A stretch of DNA of 64,000 nt, taken from Phoronis australis (lineage: Eukaryota; Animalia; Phoronida). Shown here one piece after another: positions 1-14,460 of this stretch. Within the stretch, counting starts at the first letter, position 1. Each line of letters begins with the position of its first letter. A program made the translations under genes and the position numbers. The stretch lies in assembly GCA_002633005.1 (NCBI GenBank), contig NMRA01000328.1, positions 380,134 to 444,133 of the forward strand. The letters run 5' to 3'. The notes under the pieces were generated by a model. The model was not told the DNA's origin, ran no database searches, and saw only the letters and a list, made by a program, of their open reading frames with translations.

Positions 1-899
1 ACATTTCAAGAAAGAGAAAGAAGTATAGCTTTCAAAAACAGGTACGTGTTTTTTAAAAATACATTTTGGTGTTTTCCACGTGTGATTCAGTATTATCACC
101 AGTTGTTTTTTAACTTGTTCAGCCCCTTGACTGCCTAGGCCTTAGACAATACTGCTGACCCAGTAGAGACGATGATCATACTATAGGTACTTCATATGCC
201 GGATACTTTTCGGCAAATTATGTTCCTATAAGTTTAGAAGTACCGCGTAGAGAGATGCCTCTGAGGAGGTCGTTAATGTTTTCATTTGTTCCCAGTTTAA
301 ACAAATACTCCTGCAATCCTGTTTTTCGAACACTCCATTCAGTTGCCACATCGACACTGCTTGCGCTAAGGGATAATCCTATGGCGTTATACTGTGGGTG
401 TGATTTTAAAGCACTTTAAGTCTAAAATTTTTGAGAAGGTTAAATGGAGTAGATAGTTGCAAACAACATGCCCAAGTGGCCGTCATCCCCTGCCGTAGTC
501 TCAATTTTTTGTAAACATTAATTACTTAGGTAGCAGCTGCAATGATAATTAAATTAAAGTGCCTAAGTGGCCATCGTCGCCGTCGAAATTTGAGGACGAT
601 GGAAGCCACTGTCCATTTCGTCAAACGTCGATTACCTTAAGTGTAAATCGATTGACTATGGTTTGAGCATCTGATTTAAAAAAAATTAAATTTCAATCAC
701 TGCACAGGTATATCAGCTGATTTATTTTCAGCTGCATCTACTGATCTAATTATTAGACGATCAACATTATTAGGCTACAGATCAAACGGCATGTAAATTT
801 GTTAGGCTGGTGGTGGATCAGCTCCTGATACGTCCGTCTGAAAAAGTTGCATGCCAACTCACTCATAGTTGAATGTTAAATTAGTGTTAACAGTTCGGG

Positions 900-1702
900 T
901 TTTTTTCAGTTGGACTTGTATCGCAAGCAACAGCTCAGTCCAGAGCCCTGAATATGCAAATGAAATTCAAAGATAAAGACCTTGTGTCTTAGAAGCCAAG
1001 TACCACAGATCATCATGCTGTAAAAAAGAGAAAGACAAAGATTGTGGAGAGTGACGAATCCCCAGTTTTCAGAGATGTTTTTCTACAGTTTTGTTTGGAG
1101 TTCATTGAATCAAAGCTTCTAGCACATGGAGATGTCATTTGCCTTTCAAAAATAAAGCAAGACTTTGAAGCTGTTCTTCAGAAAGCTGGTGTGCATGAAG
1201 TTATTTGGACAGGCAATCTTAAGAAATATTGTTGAAGCTACTCACTGTTGTAGTTTGTGCCTGACTAAGAGATACGAAAGTGAATTGAGGCTAGTGTTCA
1301 ATAATTCACTTGCTGACTCTAATTAACACAGCCCATTGTAACATATTTTGAATCAAACGTTTGCCCAAATAGTGCCCGCCTCCAAACAAGAACTTAGTGT
1401 TTGACCCTTCATTGCCTGCGGGCTAATCACCAGTGTGCAGTGCTGTACCCTCTCTAATCGACCATAGTTGGCTCCTTGGCGGTGGAGCTTTGCAGTTAAT
1501 ATGTATGGCAATGACCGCATCTCCATTGACAGTACTAAACGATGAACGCTGCAAGTGCAAAAAGAACATGTGTGCTGGGAAACTGAGTTTGTGCTGCAAT
1601 GCTGGGTCAAACTGTACAGAAATGTGCAGCTGTGACAACTGTAGTAACATCAGCAACACTGACTGCATAACATTGGATAGTTCTTTGACAGGCCAACCCT
1701 AA
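900..1702 (+). mobile_element. Decayed ORF remnant of an unclassified DNA-transposon-like family with a C-terminal tesmin/TSO1-like CXC (TCR) domain
   Basis: 1433-1702 gives PSLIDHSW...RCKCKKNMC...CCNAGSNCTEMCSCDNCSN. About 978-1020 gives DLVS*EAKYHRSSC, a motif I associate with the same large ORFs. Stops and deletions are present. Confidence 0.55.
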
Positions 1703-3325
1703 ATAGACCTCCAACCCCGTTATTTCCTTTTTTGTATTAAAAAGTTAATTTTATTTGTTGATTAAGTCATAGAAAGTACATACTTTGATCATTGTCATGT
1801 ATTTGTCTCATACTGCTTAATAAACGCTGTCAGAATAATCTATTTTAATACAGTCTTTGTGCACATTCACAGAGATCATTCAACTATATTGTTTTTGTAC
1901 TATAACATATTTCTGGTGTATTATGCAAACAAGCTGTATTTTACACCATTAGTCAATGTTTTAGTCATTGAGGCACAAATTTTGCCCAGTCTCAAGTGTT
2001 TTGTGTTATTTTTGTTGCCTGACAATGCCAGAATAACTTCCTAGAAACATTCAGACTTAGTTTGTATTTTTGCCACTAGGTGTCTCTTTACGTTTTTTAA
2101 ATTTCACTGTTTACAATTAATTTACAATAGTAAAACATGTAATGTGAGTGTAATATTGTTCAATACAATGGCACTGATGGGACCATATTACTTGTTTTAC
2201 AAAAAAGTCACCAAAACTGTTGTTTTTACAAATATAAGTTTACTAAGCTCTTTGGTGATTATTAGGTAACTTCAAACTCAAATTTCTCAAAAATGTGCAA
2301 CTTTATATGTGGGAACTTTTTAGATTTTGAAAACACTCTAATAAATGAACTAAAAAACACCAAAATAAAATTGCCCCCCTAAAGTACTCACAAAAACCAT
2401 TTTCTAGAGGCCCTACAAAATCTGGCCCACCGACTAAATGTCATAGCCAGCCATAGGCCCCGCTTGACTGATAACCCTCACGTGTTTTTTTACCATGCAA
2501 TAGTTAGCTCCGGGAGCCGGTGACCTAACTTTTGATATACTTTAAAAGGGAAGTCATTGAGTGTTTTGAATTTAATTTTTTTATTTTACAATAATCTAAA
2601 ATTTAAAGATTTTAATGGCCCTATGCCATGGCTATGGCTAGTATGGCTTAGTATGGTTATGGAACTTTATTTTCAGAGGCAGTTTAGTTTTGAGCTGTAA
2701 ATGACCTCAACCGCAAGTGCGCATATGCGTATGTATGTGGGTATAAATGTGTTCTCTTTATTTTTCGCATGTTTGTAAAAAGTATTATGTTTTAATAAAA
2801 AACTTTTGGGCGAACGTACTAAGTAAAAACCAGTTGGAAGATGAGCAATGGCCAAAGATAGCAAGCTGAGTTATCTTGAGTTGTTAGCTGCTAGTGATCA
2901 GCTTACAAATGACCACTATTGATATTCATCAGATCGTAGACTCCTGTAAAATTCTGACATCGGAACTGGGAAAGTTGAGATGGGAGAACACAGAGACAGG
3001 GTAACGTATTGTTTTTGGATTGGCGATTTTGCTGGCGATTTTGCCATGATGTTGAACTTCCCATTTTAAATGTGTGTGATATGTTAATTTGTGAAATTAT
3101 TCTCACATTATTAGACCCTAAAACACTCATTATTTTAATTCCAAAATTTTGCGCGGACTTACTGCATGTTCATAGTCCACGGGACATTTACTTTCGACCT
3201 AGAGCTCAAAATTCACGCCATGCAAAATGGACAGCACCGGCAATTGAGAAATTTTCCTTCTGCGGCAATTGGATAGATCCAATAAATGATTCTGAAGGTT
3301 GTTTTTGTATGACAATAAGGTCTAA

Positions 3326-5061
3326 TTTTTGTGCGCTCATATATTTATATGTGGACGCATTATGCCGTCATCTCCGTCCGGACGGCGTCCGTCCGGCGTC
3401 CGGTGTCCGGCGTCTGCTGCTCTGTCTCCAAAACTCCTGTGATATACGTTCATGAAATTTGGCACATATGTTCCATTCATGATTGGGATGGCATGAGCGA
3501 ACTGTCGGATGGATCCGACTACCGGTGTGCCCCCTAGTGGCAATTATAGTTTTTTACGCTTACCTTTGTATCTTCAAAAGTCCTGAACAGATTTTCATGA
3601 AATTTAGTATGTGGGCACCTATTAGTGAGATGACGCTATCCTCCGGTTTTCGGATGGATTCGACATAGTTTGCGCCACCTAGTGGCCATTTTTACTGTTT
3701 TCGAGTCTGGTTTTTTGCGTCCACCCCTCTATCAACCAAACCGCTCAAAGGATGATTGTGAAAATAAATTGGCATGTATGTGTTTACTATAAAGAGGACG
3801 GTTGGCGATGATTTTCTGACGATTTCGACTACTGTGGCACTGCCTAGTGGCAGTTTTTTTTTTGCACCTATGGCTGTATCTCCTAAACCGTTTGCAGGAT
3901 CTTTACTTAATTTAGCAAGTGTATTTATATGATGTTGACTACGGATGACGACGACGACTTTTGGACATATCTGACTACTGCTGTGCCCCCGAGTGGCAAT
4001 TTTAGTTTTTTACGTTTAACTCTGTATCTTCAAAGGTCCTTAACAGATTTCATAAAATTTTAAATATAGACATCTATTAGTGTGATGACTCTATCTTCCT
4101 GTTTTTGGATGGAATCGAGGTACTTTGCACCACCTAGTGGCCATTTTCGCTGTTTTCAAATCTTGTTTTAGGCTTCCACTCCTGTGTCAACCAAATCATT
4201 TGAAAATATATATTACATATATATGTTCTTAGTGTGAAGACGACTTTTTATGATGGTGATTGACTACTGTGGCGCCTCCTAGTGGCATTTTTGTTTTTAT
4301 TGTGCCTATGGCTGTGTCTCCTAAACCGTTTGTAGGATCTTTACTTAATTTAGCAAGTGTATTTATATGATGTTGGCTACGGATGACGACTTTCGGACAG
4401 ATCTGACTACTGCTGTGCCCTCTAGTGGCAATTTTTATTTTTTACGTTTAACTCAGTATCTTCAAAGGCCCTCAACAGATTTTCATAAAATTTTAAATAT
4501 AGGCGTCTATTGGTGTGATGACGCTATGTTCCTGTTTTTGGATGGAATTGAGGTATTTTGCACCACCTAGTGGCCATTTTTTGCTGTTTTCAAATCTTGT
4601 TTTCGGTGTCCAACCCTGTATCAACCAAATCATTTAAAAAAAATTGGCATATAATTATGTTCTCAGTGTGAAGATGACCTTTGGTGTCTGACTACAGTGG
4701 CGCCTCCTAGGGGTAGTTTTGTTTTGCGCCCATAGTTGCATCTCCTAAACCCAAATCGAGGATCTTTACTAAATTTAGTAAGTGTATTTATATGAAGATA
4801 ACAATAGACGACGACAACTTTCAGGCGGATCCAACGGACACTGTGCCCACTTGTGGCAATTTCATTTTATTCTGTTTTCCTTTGTTTCTCTGAAGTTCCT
4901 TGACAGATTTTTATGAAATATGGCATGTTCCTGTTTTTGGATGGATTGTATATTTTTGCGCCAGCTAGTGGCCATTTTTATGATACAAATAAATAACCCT
5001 AAAAGCACACCATTTGCAATGCTTTCATGGGCGCATTTCAATGCTCCGCATTGCTCTTGTT
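3326..5061 (+). mobile_element. Non-autonomous Helentron-type element (HINE/DINE-like) with central ~145-bp repeats
   Basis: T-tract start, subTIR gtgcgctcat (3331) vs atgggcgcat (5027), (GTCC)-like microsatellite at 3375-3415, ~11 internal repeats, 3' end ttgctcttgtt. A second copy is at 19934-21553. Confidence 0.75.
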
Positions 5062-8000
5062 ATAATCTTAATTTTTTGTAATATTTTACCTTAAATCGGA
5101 AAATTCTTGCCAAAATCTTTATTTTCTGTTACGTTTTAACTTAAATTGGAAACTTCTACATCAAAAAATGAAAATGAAAATTATTTGTCCGGTTTTGAGA
5201 ACCGCAATCTAAATAATGCACCATTCATTGTACAATTGTTACTAAAGAGTTGCGGGCCAAAAGATCAAAAGTTTGATGCTTTTGAAATCTATGGATTTTT
5301 TAGAATGGGCAATTCACAGTGAAATAATTAGAATATTCCTTATATTGTTATCTTGAAAATCTGAAATTTGTGCAGCACTGCTTTTTATTACAGCGTTTAA
5401 CAAAAAATTTTCCACCGAATACAAAGTAGCCTGTTGAACAGGAGTCTGAAAAAACAAAGGGTTTTGTAGCATTCCCAATTCAAAAGCACTACTTATGATA
5501 ACTGAAACTTAATCATGGTACAGATTTTTAATCGGTTAATTCACAGCGAAAAAAATCCCAACATAGAAAAAACCTAAATTTGACTTTTCTCTCTGAAATT
5601 ACCGCTTCCCTGCAAGTGCTACAAAAAATCTGTCTACAGATTCAGAATTTCCATTCTTTCTAGATTCTAAAAATGTGCCAGCTGCCTTTTTGGCAACTTT
5701 GATATGTTTGACAACCACCTGAAAGTCCTTCTCTCACGCTTTGTTAACCCTTATTCCATGGTTAGAAGGTGTTATAAGGATCCAAGAAGTACCTACCACA
5801 TAACTAATACACGATCCGTACTCGAAAACAGTTTAAATGAACACGCCACTCACGATTCACACCCGAAGAAACACCGCCATTGTGAACTTGCTGCGAACCC
5901 CGAAGTACAATTCATTCAGGAACCCAGGCCGAGAAAACGCCGTCAGTGCGACTGGAGCAGTGCCTGTACTGTTACCAGCCAGCAAACGGGATAAAAAAAT
6001 CGACAGCGTGTCTTAATTTTGATAAAATCAAACTACGGACAATTTTATGGAATTTGCTGAAGAAATGTGGCGAATAAATTTTGACAGAAGTTATTTTGCC
6101 AGACTCGGGACCGCAGCCTATCGGACCCGGTGCGGATCGAGACCAGACACTGGCGAACGGTAAATGCATGCGGTTGCAAGCTGTTTTGTCGAAGTAAAAT
6201 GGTCAAATGATAAATGCTGCATACGGTATATTCAAGGGTAGTTTCAGACTCTTGCATGAAATTACGGGCTGGTTAGTCCTGTGTCACACTGCCGCGGCAG
6301 ACCTTAGTTAGCCTCAGTCACCAGCTACCAGTGAAGACAATAGTCAAAATACAGCTTGTTAGTAGGCCTATACAGCTTTGCGCCAAGACTACCCTTAGGT
6401 CTAACTGGTGGCTGGCCACAAACACAAAAAACACGAAAATTGAACAAAGTTTCTTTTTTGTAGCAACGTTTGTCAAAATGTATCAACGTTAAATCTTCAC
6501 AAATTACAAAGTAGCCGATTGAACATGCCTTTCAGTTCAGCAAAAGTCGACATTGTAGGTGCCTCCAGAAATGAGACGAAGTTCAACGGGAATTGTGAGC
6601 ACATTTATCACTTAATGAGTAACAACTGCGAGGCTGAAATTTGGTGAACACTGCTAAATGGTGCAGAATAGTAAGTAAAGATATGTCTAACTAAATTTCA
6701 CCGTAATTTGTTAGCGAAAACAATTTACACAAAGTTTTAAACTCGTAACTCATCCCGCTGTCCTCCAATATGGCCGACGCGATCCCAACAAAGTGACCCA
6801 AATTTCGCCACAAAACTTGCAATAACTTTACAGTGCTTGCCCCGATTTTGATACTTTTTCGATTTTTACTGAGTAGAATGTACCACCTTTCCGATGATAG
6901 CAAAGTACTTTTTCAAAACGAGGAAAAAAATAAAACCGAAAAAAAATTGGTTCGACCCATATTGGTTCCTAGGTTCGACCGGCCTACGTAGGGAACAAAA
7001 CACCAATGCTATTTTAACATACTAAGTACGCGTAACATTCCAAAAAAAATCAACGACCACTAACTACAAACTATAAATACACTACATATGCAAACGAATC
7101 ACGATATATTACTAATAAAACAAAATAAGGAAGACTTTTCGAGCAAGCCATAGCACATTCAGTTACAAGGAAAAAATGGCGGCGTTCAGGACAAGTTCCT
7201 GAACTGATGAGCCGGAAATGTGGGTACGGAAATAACCGATGACAACCGGTAATCATACGCTCAGAGAGAAGGGTCAAATACTGTTAAAAAATCGCTTTTG
7301 GCATGAAAGGCGAAAAGAATATAAAGAAAGGGTGTCGAAAATAAGAATTTATGTAGTAAGTATTTTTGGATACTGGAACCACATGGGCAGTTTGCAAGAA
7401 GGACTTGAAATTGCATCTGGTTTCCGAGACACCAGGCGACAGGGGTTGAAAGCGAACTGCAGCCACTATTTTGCACCAAAAGTTGGTCATGACTAAAATA
7501 CTTGGCTTTTCTCATTCAAAAGCGCAAGCAAATCAATTTCCTTGAAATGTTTTCAATGCATTCCACAAAACAGCTTCCAAACCCGACACGCCCTTTATAT
7601 AAATTCCAGGGATTAAGAAAATGCCCCGTGGCCACAGCCTAACTGTTCAGTGCTACCATCTGCTACATCTGCTTGACTAAATGGCGACCTTGAGCATATG
7701 CAAATTAAGGCCACCATTATGCAAAATTCTGTTTTTGCTTATATAACTTCCTTACCAAGCACCATAGGTAAATTATTTTGATGTTTAATTATTTTGATGT
7801 TTTACCTGTGTATTCTAGGTCAGTGAACTCAATGAAGTTAGTTTACAGCTGGATAAATTGTGAATTTGCTTAATTTTTGCAAATTAAGGCTGCCATTGTT
7901 TAAAAATCTGCTCGTGCTTACAACTAGGATAAAAAGCACCACAGTTTAATTGTATTTATATTTTCTCCCATGTTTCTGTGTTCACTCAGTGTGCAGATTG

Positions 8001-8804
8001 TTACATGATAAATTTGTTTAATTTATTCATATAATGACCACCATCATCTAAAATTCTGTTTCTATTCGTGACTGCCATACGGTGCACCCATACTTTCGTG
8101 GTAATGAATTTAATGAAATCAGTTTGCAGGTCATTACATCATAAATTTGCATAACTTTTATCCAAATACAAACTTCAGTGTAACAGTTCAGACCATCAAA
8201 TACTTGTCTATTCATCAAAAATCATAGCGGTGTCAATCATGCGTGCACTGTTGGGGTGTCAATCATGGGTACACTGTTGATCATATCCATGCATACCCTC
8301 ATTGAACTATTTTTGTGCGAATCAATGCATATCTCACAAAGAATTCCAACTCCAAATTTGTTGCCATTAACTTTTTCACTGCCAGTGATAAATCAACCAT
8401 GACAGATGATGTCATTCTGCATTTTGCCAATAGGAGCGCTTTATTTGTTGAACTCCTTAATGATACTTCCACAATATGTCCTTGTTGGTGCTTGACAGGT
8501 TTCTGTGGATCTACTAACCCTATTGTCTTCCAAGTGACGTTATCATTAAAGTATCACACCTCAGATATATCAGATCACACATAGTGTAGTGTAGCTGCTT
8601 CACTTGTTACTGTTCAAGTCAATTGTGTAAGATAAACAACATAACGTTTACCAAACCGTATGTGCATGTATGACAACTTGACATTTTTTCGTTGCGACGA
8701 GACCAAAAACTTGAAAGTTGTTCCATTGCTTTGTATAATGCGTGGCTTTTCGCTGGGATAAAATCTCAGCAATTTTAGGCAAAAATAATCTGCAGTTGGC
8801 CTGA

Positions 8805-8972
<168 letters not shown>

Positions 8973-9189
8973 TAGTAGATATCTTGCTAAGTTATTGTAA
9001 ATACGGTAGTATGTATGTTACATGAAGTGATACGGAAGTACACAGAATGCATGTTGCTAATGGATTTTAATGATATCGACTATGGACTTGCCTACTTCAT
9101 GGACAGCAGCTGATTTTCGAAATAGTTGCGCCTTAATAAAATTCACTATCTCACCAAATGGCAGTCATGTCTTTGATGGACAGGCGGTC

Positions 9190-9490
9190 AACGCCACCTA
9201 CAGATTCTATATAGGACGAACGGGAAGTTTTAACTTACTAGTTCAAACTGTATTTCAACACCTTTCTGCCTATCATAATGCAGGCATATTTCCACTGCTG
9301 TGCATTGGGGTGTACTAATGACTCACTGAAAAAAGCAATCCTCTCGAATTGTCCATGGATGAAGGACATCACGTTCCATGCATTTCCCATTGCACAGAAG
9401 ATTCTGTTGATGCAAAGTCAGTTGTTGTGCTTGATAAAGCAAAAGAATTTCAAACCCACTCGAAGGAATCATATATTCGATGTATTTCAT
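9190..9490 (+). mobile_element. Possible highly decayed Penelope-like GIY-YIG remnant
   Basis: Fragments FYIGRTG and VVVLDKAKEFQTHSKESYI in broken reading frames. Weak resemblance only. Confidence 0.25.
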
Positions 9491-9908
9491 TCAGTGGTGT
9501 CTTAAAAGAGCAAGAATCAGGCGCAGTTTCAATGGAGTAGAAGTAGCGTGACTATAGGCCATCTTGAATTTCTGTTCATTGAAGCTATGTTGGGATCGGG
9601 TAGAATTCACTTTGGCTCTCTAATTACTCTGGAGAGTGCCAATATGAAAGTACACTGTTGAAGGGGTATTTATCGCTGGCCTTCACTGATCGTGCTTTAC
9701 TTTCAAGTTGTTCTTTCACATGTCTTATTGAAAGGTGGATTACTCCAGGTGAAATATAATCCCGTGTCTCCAGGCATAGCTATGTGTTAGTACTGTTTTC
9801 AGGTCAATAAATAGCATAGTTTTCATCCAGTGATTAGCATACAGATTATTATAAACTCTGATTACACTTCGCATTTTATCTGGTGCGGAGTACGTTAGAA
9901 ACAATACA

Positions 9909-10077
9909 ACATTCGTTATTCAATAACTTCTTTCCGCATTTCTCGTATTGTCTAAAAAATACTCCTTGAGTGCTGATTGCATCTGTTCAGTAGCTCCCCG
10001 AGCTGCTATCCGCACTCAAGGAGTATTTTTAGACAGTACGAGAAATGCAGAAAGAAGTTATCCAACAACGAATGTCG
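9909..10077. repeat. Foldback/MITE palindrome with ~72-bp arms in SRM intron 2
   Basis: acattcgttattcaataacttc...ctccttgagtgctgattgca is the near reverse complement of tgctatccgcactcaaggag...gaagttatccaacaacgaatgt. Confidence 0.85.
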
Positions 10078-10269
10078 TATCATTTTTAACTAGCTGTACC
10101 AGAGAGGCACTATTGCCTAGTTATACTTTGTATACCGGTATTATATTATCATCTTGTGAATTCTTTTATTTGTTGGTTTTCCTGAAGCTTGATTTTGTGA
10201 CACGCCTTTTATACTCCTGATGGTATTGCCCGATTTATTATGTAAGAGTGTATATATATATATGTATAA

Positions 10270-10458
<189 letters not shown>

Positions 10459-10582
10459 TGAAATACATTTGATTTGTTATTGGAATTCTATATGAGTGTT
10501 TTACTGTTTCTCATATATTGATAGGCATTTTGAATAGATTTTCTTGTGATAGTACACTGAACTCCATTATCTCCTGTTGCAG

Positions 10583-10736
10583 ATGGTGGTTGACGTTAGC
10601 CGTAAGTTCCTACCCCAGATGTCCTGTGCAATGGACCACCCTAAAGTTACCCAACACATTGGTGACGGCTTCGAGTTTATGAGAAAACACACAAATGAGT
10701 TTGACGTTATCATCACCGATTCTTCTGACCCTGAAG
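10583..10736 (+). CDS. SRM: Spermidine synthase exon 4 (catalytic DSSD)
   Basis: ttgcag|...|gtaact, 154 bp: [51 protein letters not shown]. Confidence 0.98.
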
Positions 10737-11814
10737 GTAACTGCAAATATAGTCCTAATCACAGCCTAGCTTATCAATTCAGTTCTATAAAGTGCCACCA
10801 ATTACAAACAAAGACTGGTCAAAACTGTCCTTTTTCCATTTTTAAAGGTTCCTAACTGAATGCCCACAAAACATGGTCTGAAGGTGATAACTATGGTATA
10901 GATCCTGAATACATATATTTAGTTAGACTTGATTTCTTCTGTGAAAAATGAACTAAAAATTTGCTTGTCTGTCATATGGTGTCCTAAATTGGTGCTAGAT
11001 TTTACTGTAGTTTCAATTCAGTGATGTTTATATCAGCGTTAAGTAATGAACCATGGTTCATGATCACAAAGGTGCATTATGATGTAAAGCAGATGCTTTG
11101 GAATTATGCTGTTCGTTTAAGGTGTTAAATTATGTGTGGGTCTATTTTGAAAACAATGTAAGGTAAATGAGGCTGGAAGTAAGATAACTTGAAAGTCCTA
11201 TTTCATGAAAAGTGTAACCTTGACAACAAGAATGATGAGATTATTGAGCAATGCTGCAGAAGTGTGCTAATAATCAGGCCAAAGACAAGCTTAGTGCTGC
11301 TGCACCTTCTTGTTGTTCAGTCTGTCTGTATACCAAAACATTGACCAATCAATAACTAGAAAACACAAGGGGATATTGTCTTTTAGCTGCTGCTGAATCC
11401 TATTTATATTGAGATCTGTTGAGCGGTAGTCAGGATAGCATTGGCCTTCTCAACTAAAATGTTTGCAGCCAGTTGTGAAAAAAATGCATGTATCTGCACA
11501 GTCCTCTAACTTGATGGATACAGAAGATTCATGCAGGCTTTTTTCAATTTACAGAATTTTTGTCAAAGAAGGCATATATTTGTTGTTCCTGTTGAAAAAA
11601 TTACTGATAAATTTTAATCACGGTTATATTTTTGCTGAAAGGTTCATTCATATTTTTTAGTTTAGCTGATAAAATATTATCAACTGAGTTCCTTGAATAG
11701 TTTATAATTTCAAGTCTATTTGTCTATGCCACGTCAAACTGAAGCTAACAAGACAATGTCTCTCCACTTAAGCACTATCATTAGTGGTACTCTTTCTCTC
11801 TCTCTCTCTCCTAG

Positions 11815-11898
11815 GACCTGCTGAAGCCCTTTTCCAGAAGCAATACTTTGAACTGATGAAAGGTGCTCTACGTGAGGGAGGGATCCTCTGTAGTCAAG
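11815..11898 (+). CDS. SRM: Spermidine synthase exon 5
   Basis: (CT)n tract-cctag|...|gtatct, 84 bp: GPAEALFQKQYFELMKGALREGGILCSQ. Confidence 0.97.
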
Positions 11899-12949
11899 GT
11901 ATCTACCTTTTATTACCTGTATCTACCTTTTTATGCCAAACTGCTGCTGCACAGCGGCCATTATCATCAATTTCGGATTTTGATAGCACAGATCATATCT
12001 ATTTTAAAGCACAAGTTTTATATACAAATTATAGTGTTTTTACCAATTTGGAATGTTGTGTTTTCTTTGGCAAAGTGGCCCCCTGCATTGTTAACAGTCG
12101 TCAGTGATTCACCTTAGTGTTTGCTGTTCAGTTTATCTGATATTTGTTGTGTACAGTTATGAGAGCAAAAGTCTGTATATCACTTTATATAAAGTCTCTT
12201 GTTTGGTCTTTTTGAACCTCAACTACGAGTTGTTGTCCTTAAAAGAAGTCTGCATTGTATTTGTTTTACTAGCTTGACTTGTCACCAGGAACAGTGTCTG
12301 TAAGCACGTCAACTGCAACACCTCTCATGTACACTTGTAAATCGGTATAAAAAGCAAGGCATTGTTTGACATCATTGGTTCTTATTGAATCAGGCTTTCA
12401 TTTACTAAAGGGCAATCTGGCTTGAATGTTCTGTGCCTGATGGTAAAGTCTGGAAAGCTCATAGTCACATTTTACAGATTTAGCAGAAATGGTGTAGACT
12501 GTCACTAGCAAGCTGTTACAAAGAAGTGAACTTTTGATTTGTACCATTTACCGCTTTAAAACTGTTCTTTACTCAGACTGGTGAGAAGTGAATCTTGGGC
12601 TTGCAAAGAACATACAGTTTGTTATTGTTTGAGATTGCATCTCCGGTGTAAAATGACCCCTACTGTGACAAGCTAGCTTCTTGGTGCTCGTCTCTGTCCT
12701 TTTTACAACCTGAAATCAACTCTAATTTGAGTAAGGGACAAGCTGAGGCAAATACCATGATAACTGTAAATGGTCTAAATGAACGTTTTTGACGGAAAGC
12801 AGGATTATAGAAGCTTTAAGCAGTAGATCAGAACCAGTGATGTCACTACCCTCTATTTTAACTGGGTGTTGTCTGAAGTTGGTTTTATTGGTTGCAATGA
12901 GTGGCTTTACTCACTTGAGGTGCGAACTTTTAACCACTGAAATTTTGTT

Positions 12950-13190
12950 GTTACTCACAGTGCAACTTTCCCCTCAGACCCATGTGCATGTTTCACTGTT
13001 AGTAAAACTGTACTATTTCTCTGTTGAGCCAGTGGAATTCTGTACAGCTTTCCTATCAGGCTTGTGTGCACGTTTCACTGATATTAAAATTGTACAATTA
13101 TTCTTGTGAGCCAGTGGAATTCTGTTCAGCTTTCCTATCAGACTTGTGTGTACATTTCACTGATAGTAAAACTTACACCTACTTCTATCT
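12950..13190. repeat. Degenerate ~83-bp tandem repeat, about 3 copies
   Basis: tgagccagtggaattctgt.cagctttcctatcag.cttgtgtg.ac.tttcactgata.taaaa recurs at ~13025 and ~13107, with a partial copy upstream. Confidence 0.7.
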
Positions 13191-13667
13191 CTCAGTGGAG
13201 TACAATGTTGATATCAACATGAGGGCTAACTTGGTGTAGTGTATCCCATGTACCAGACTTCTGCCTAAAATACTAGCATTTGATTTTAGAAATGTTCCGT
13301 TATGAAGTTGGTATTGACTTGTTCGCATGTGGTTACTTGGTTTAAATATCATTCCTTGGCTTAAGAATAATTGACTGTTCCTTTACAGTTGAGTTGATTT
13401 TATCTAGTCTAGTCTCAAAAATTAAACAAGCTGATAGTTTTTCAGAGACTCCAAAATCAATTTGTAACTGAGATGATTCTTAATCAAATGTTGGCATTTT
13501 GGCCAGAAGTGACTGGTTGATCCTCTGTGACATTATTGAGCAACTGCTTGAGATACATAATTGTGTTGTATATCAGCATGTTCATGTTGTATAATCAAGA
13601 ATTATTAGTCTTTGTACATGCCATATGCTGGTCACATGCAACCCATAGTTGAACTCTGGAAAGATCT

Positions 13668-13747
13668 CTGGCCCGGCTGGGGTTCGAATCCGGGACTTTT
13701 TTACTAACCATGCTGATGCTCTAGTCCTCTGAGCTATTGGGACGACC
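13668..13747 (-). mobile_element. tRNA-derived SINE head
   Basis: Minus strand has A-box TAGCTCAGAGG and B-box-like GGATTCGAACC but no intact cloverleaf. Confidence 0.6.
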
Positions 13748-14308
13748 GGTGGATTACAGCAATACAAACAAAAATACAAAATCGCGAAAGTAGTAAAAAT
13801 TTGTGTTTACGGTAGCTGGGATTCCAAGAGAGACTTCAAGAGGCATTTTTAGAAATGTAAATTTTCTCGAAGTGATTTATGTTCTCAGGTATCTTTTGAA
13901 GAAGAAGTGGTGGGTCTTTTTTGGAAACTTGTATTGTATAGCGCTCTCATGCAGCAGTGGGCTTTGAAAGGGCTGTAAGGTGGAGTTGTGGCTTTGGAGG
14001 TGGTGATTTATTTCTTCTACTTAGGCTGTAACTTACAATACCAGCCAGAGTCCATTTTCAAAATAGTTTGTCTACTGTAAGAGTAATCTGACCAAACCTC
14101 CATTGACAAGTCATCCAAACTGAAACTACCACGGGTCTTAATCATTCCACTCAATCCTAGAAACAAGCTATATGTAAAAAAAATTGTAATATTCTCACTT
14201 TTGCCTGAATTTCTTAGACAATAGCTCTTAGATTGACTTGATATGGAGAAGACTTTTTTAATGTAAAATGTTTGGTTTAGAACTAGTCCATTTGCTTGTG
14301 GTTTGCAG

Positions 14309-14460
14309 GACAGTGTATGTGGCTGGAGAAAGATTTAACTCTCATGTATTATGTGTCACAGTCCTGCACCACACTGTTCCCTGTCGTTGACTATGCCTTC
14401 TGTACTGTACCCACTTACACTACGGGCTCCATTGGGTTTTTGCTGTGCTCCATGAACACT
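14309..14460 (+). CDS. SRM: Spermidine synthase exon 6a (divergent duplicate, predicted mutually exclusive)
   Basis: tttgcag|...|GTAAGT, 152 bp, phase 1 to 0, open: GQCMWLEKDLTLMYYVSQSCTTLFPVVDYAFCTVPTYTTGSIGFLLCSMNT. Confidence 0.8.

Noticed and set aside
3009-3455. 148-aa ORF and similar track ORFs (24965-25411, 30541-30891, 42899-43345, 52104-52508)
   Set aside because: No recognisable domain or splice context. They overlap repeats, gaps or introns.
5700-7520. Candidate SRM exon 1/promoter (CpG-rich, AAAATGGCGGCG at ~7172, ATG at 7383)
   Set aside because: No frame gives the expected GWF.E...WPG...YQDI..F.S peptide or a phase-2 donor, and ATG 7176 stops after 8 codons. Exon 1 is presumably upstream of the window.
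13668-13747. Functional tRNA genes (also 31557-31630, 35105-35170)
   Set aside because: Only A/B boxes are recognisable and acceptor and anticodon stems do not pair, so these are better explained as SINE heads.
14309-14460. Exon 6a turning SRM into a putrescine N-methyltransferase
   Set aside because: The dcSAM-selective GGGDGG Asp is in shared exon 3 and intact, so a switch to SAM use is not supported.
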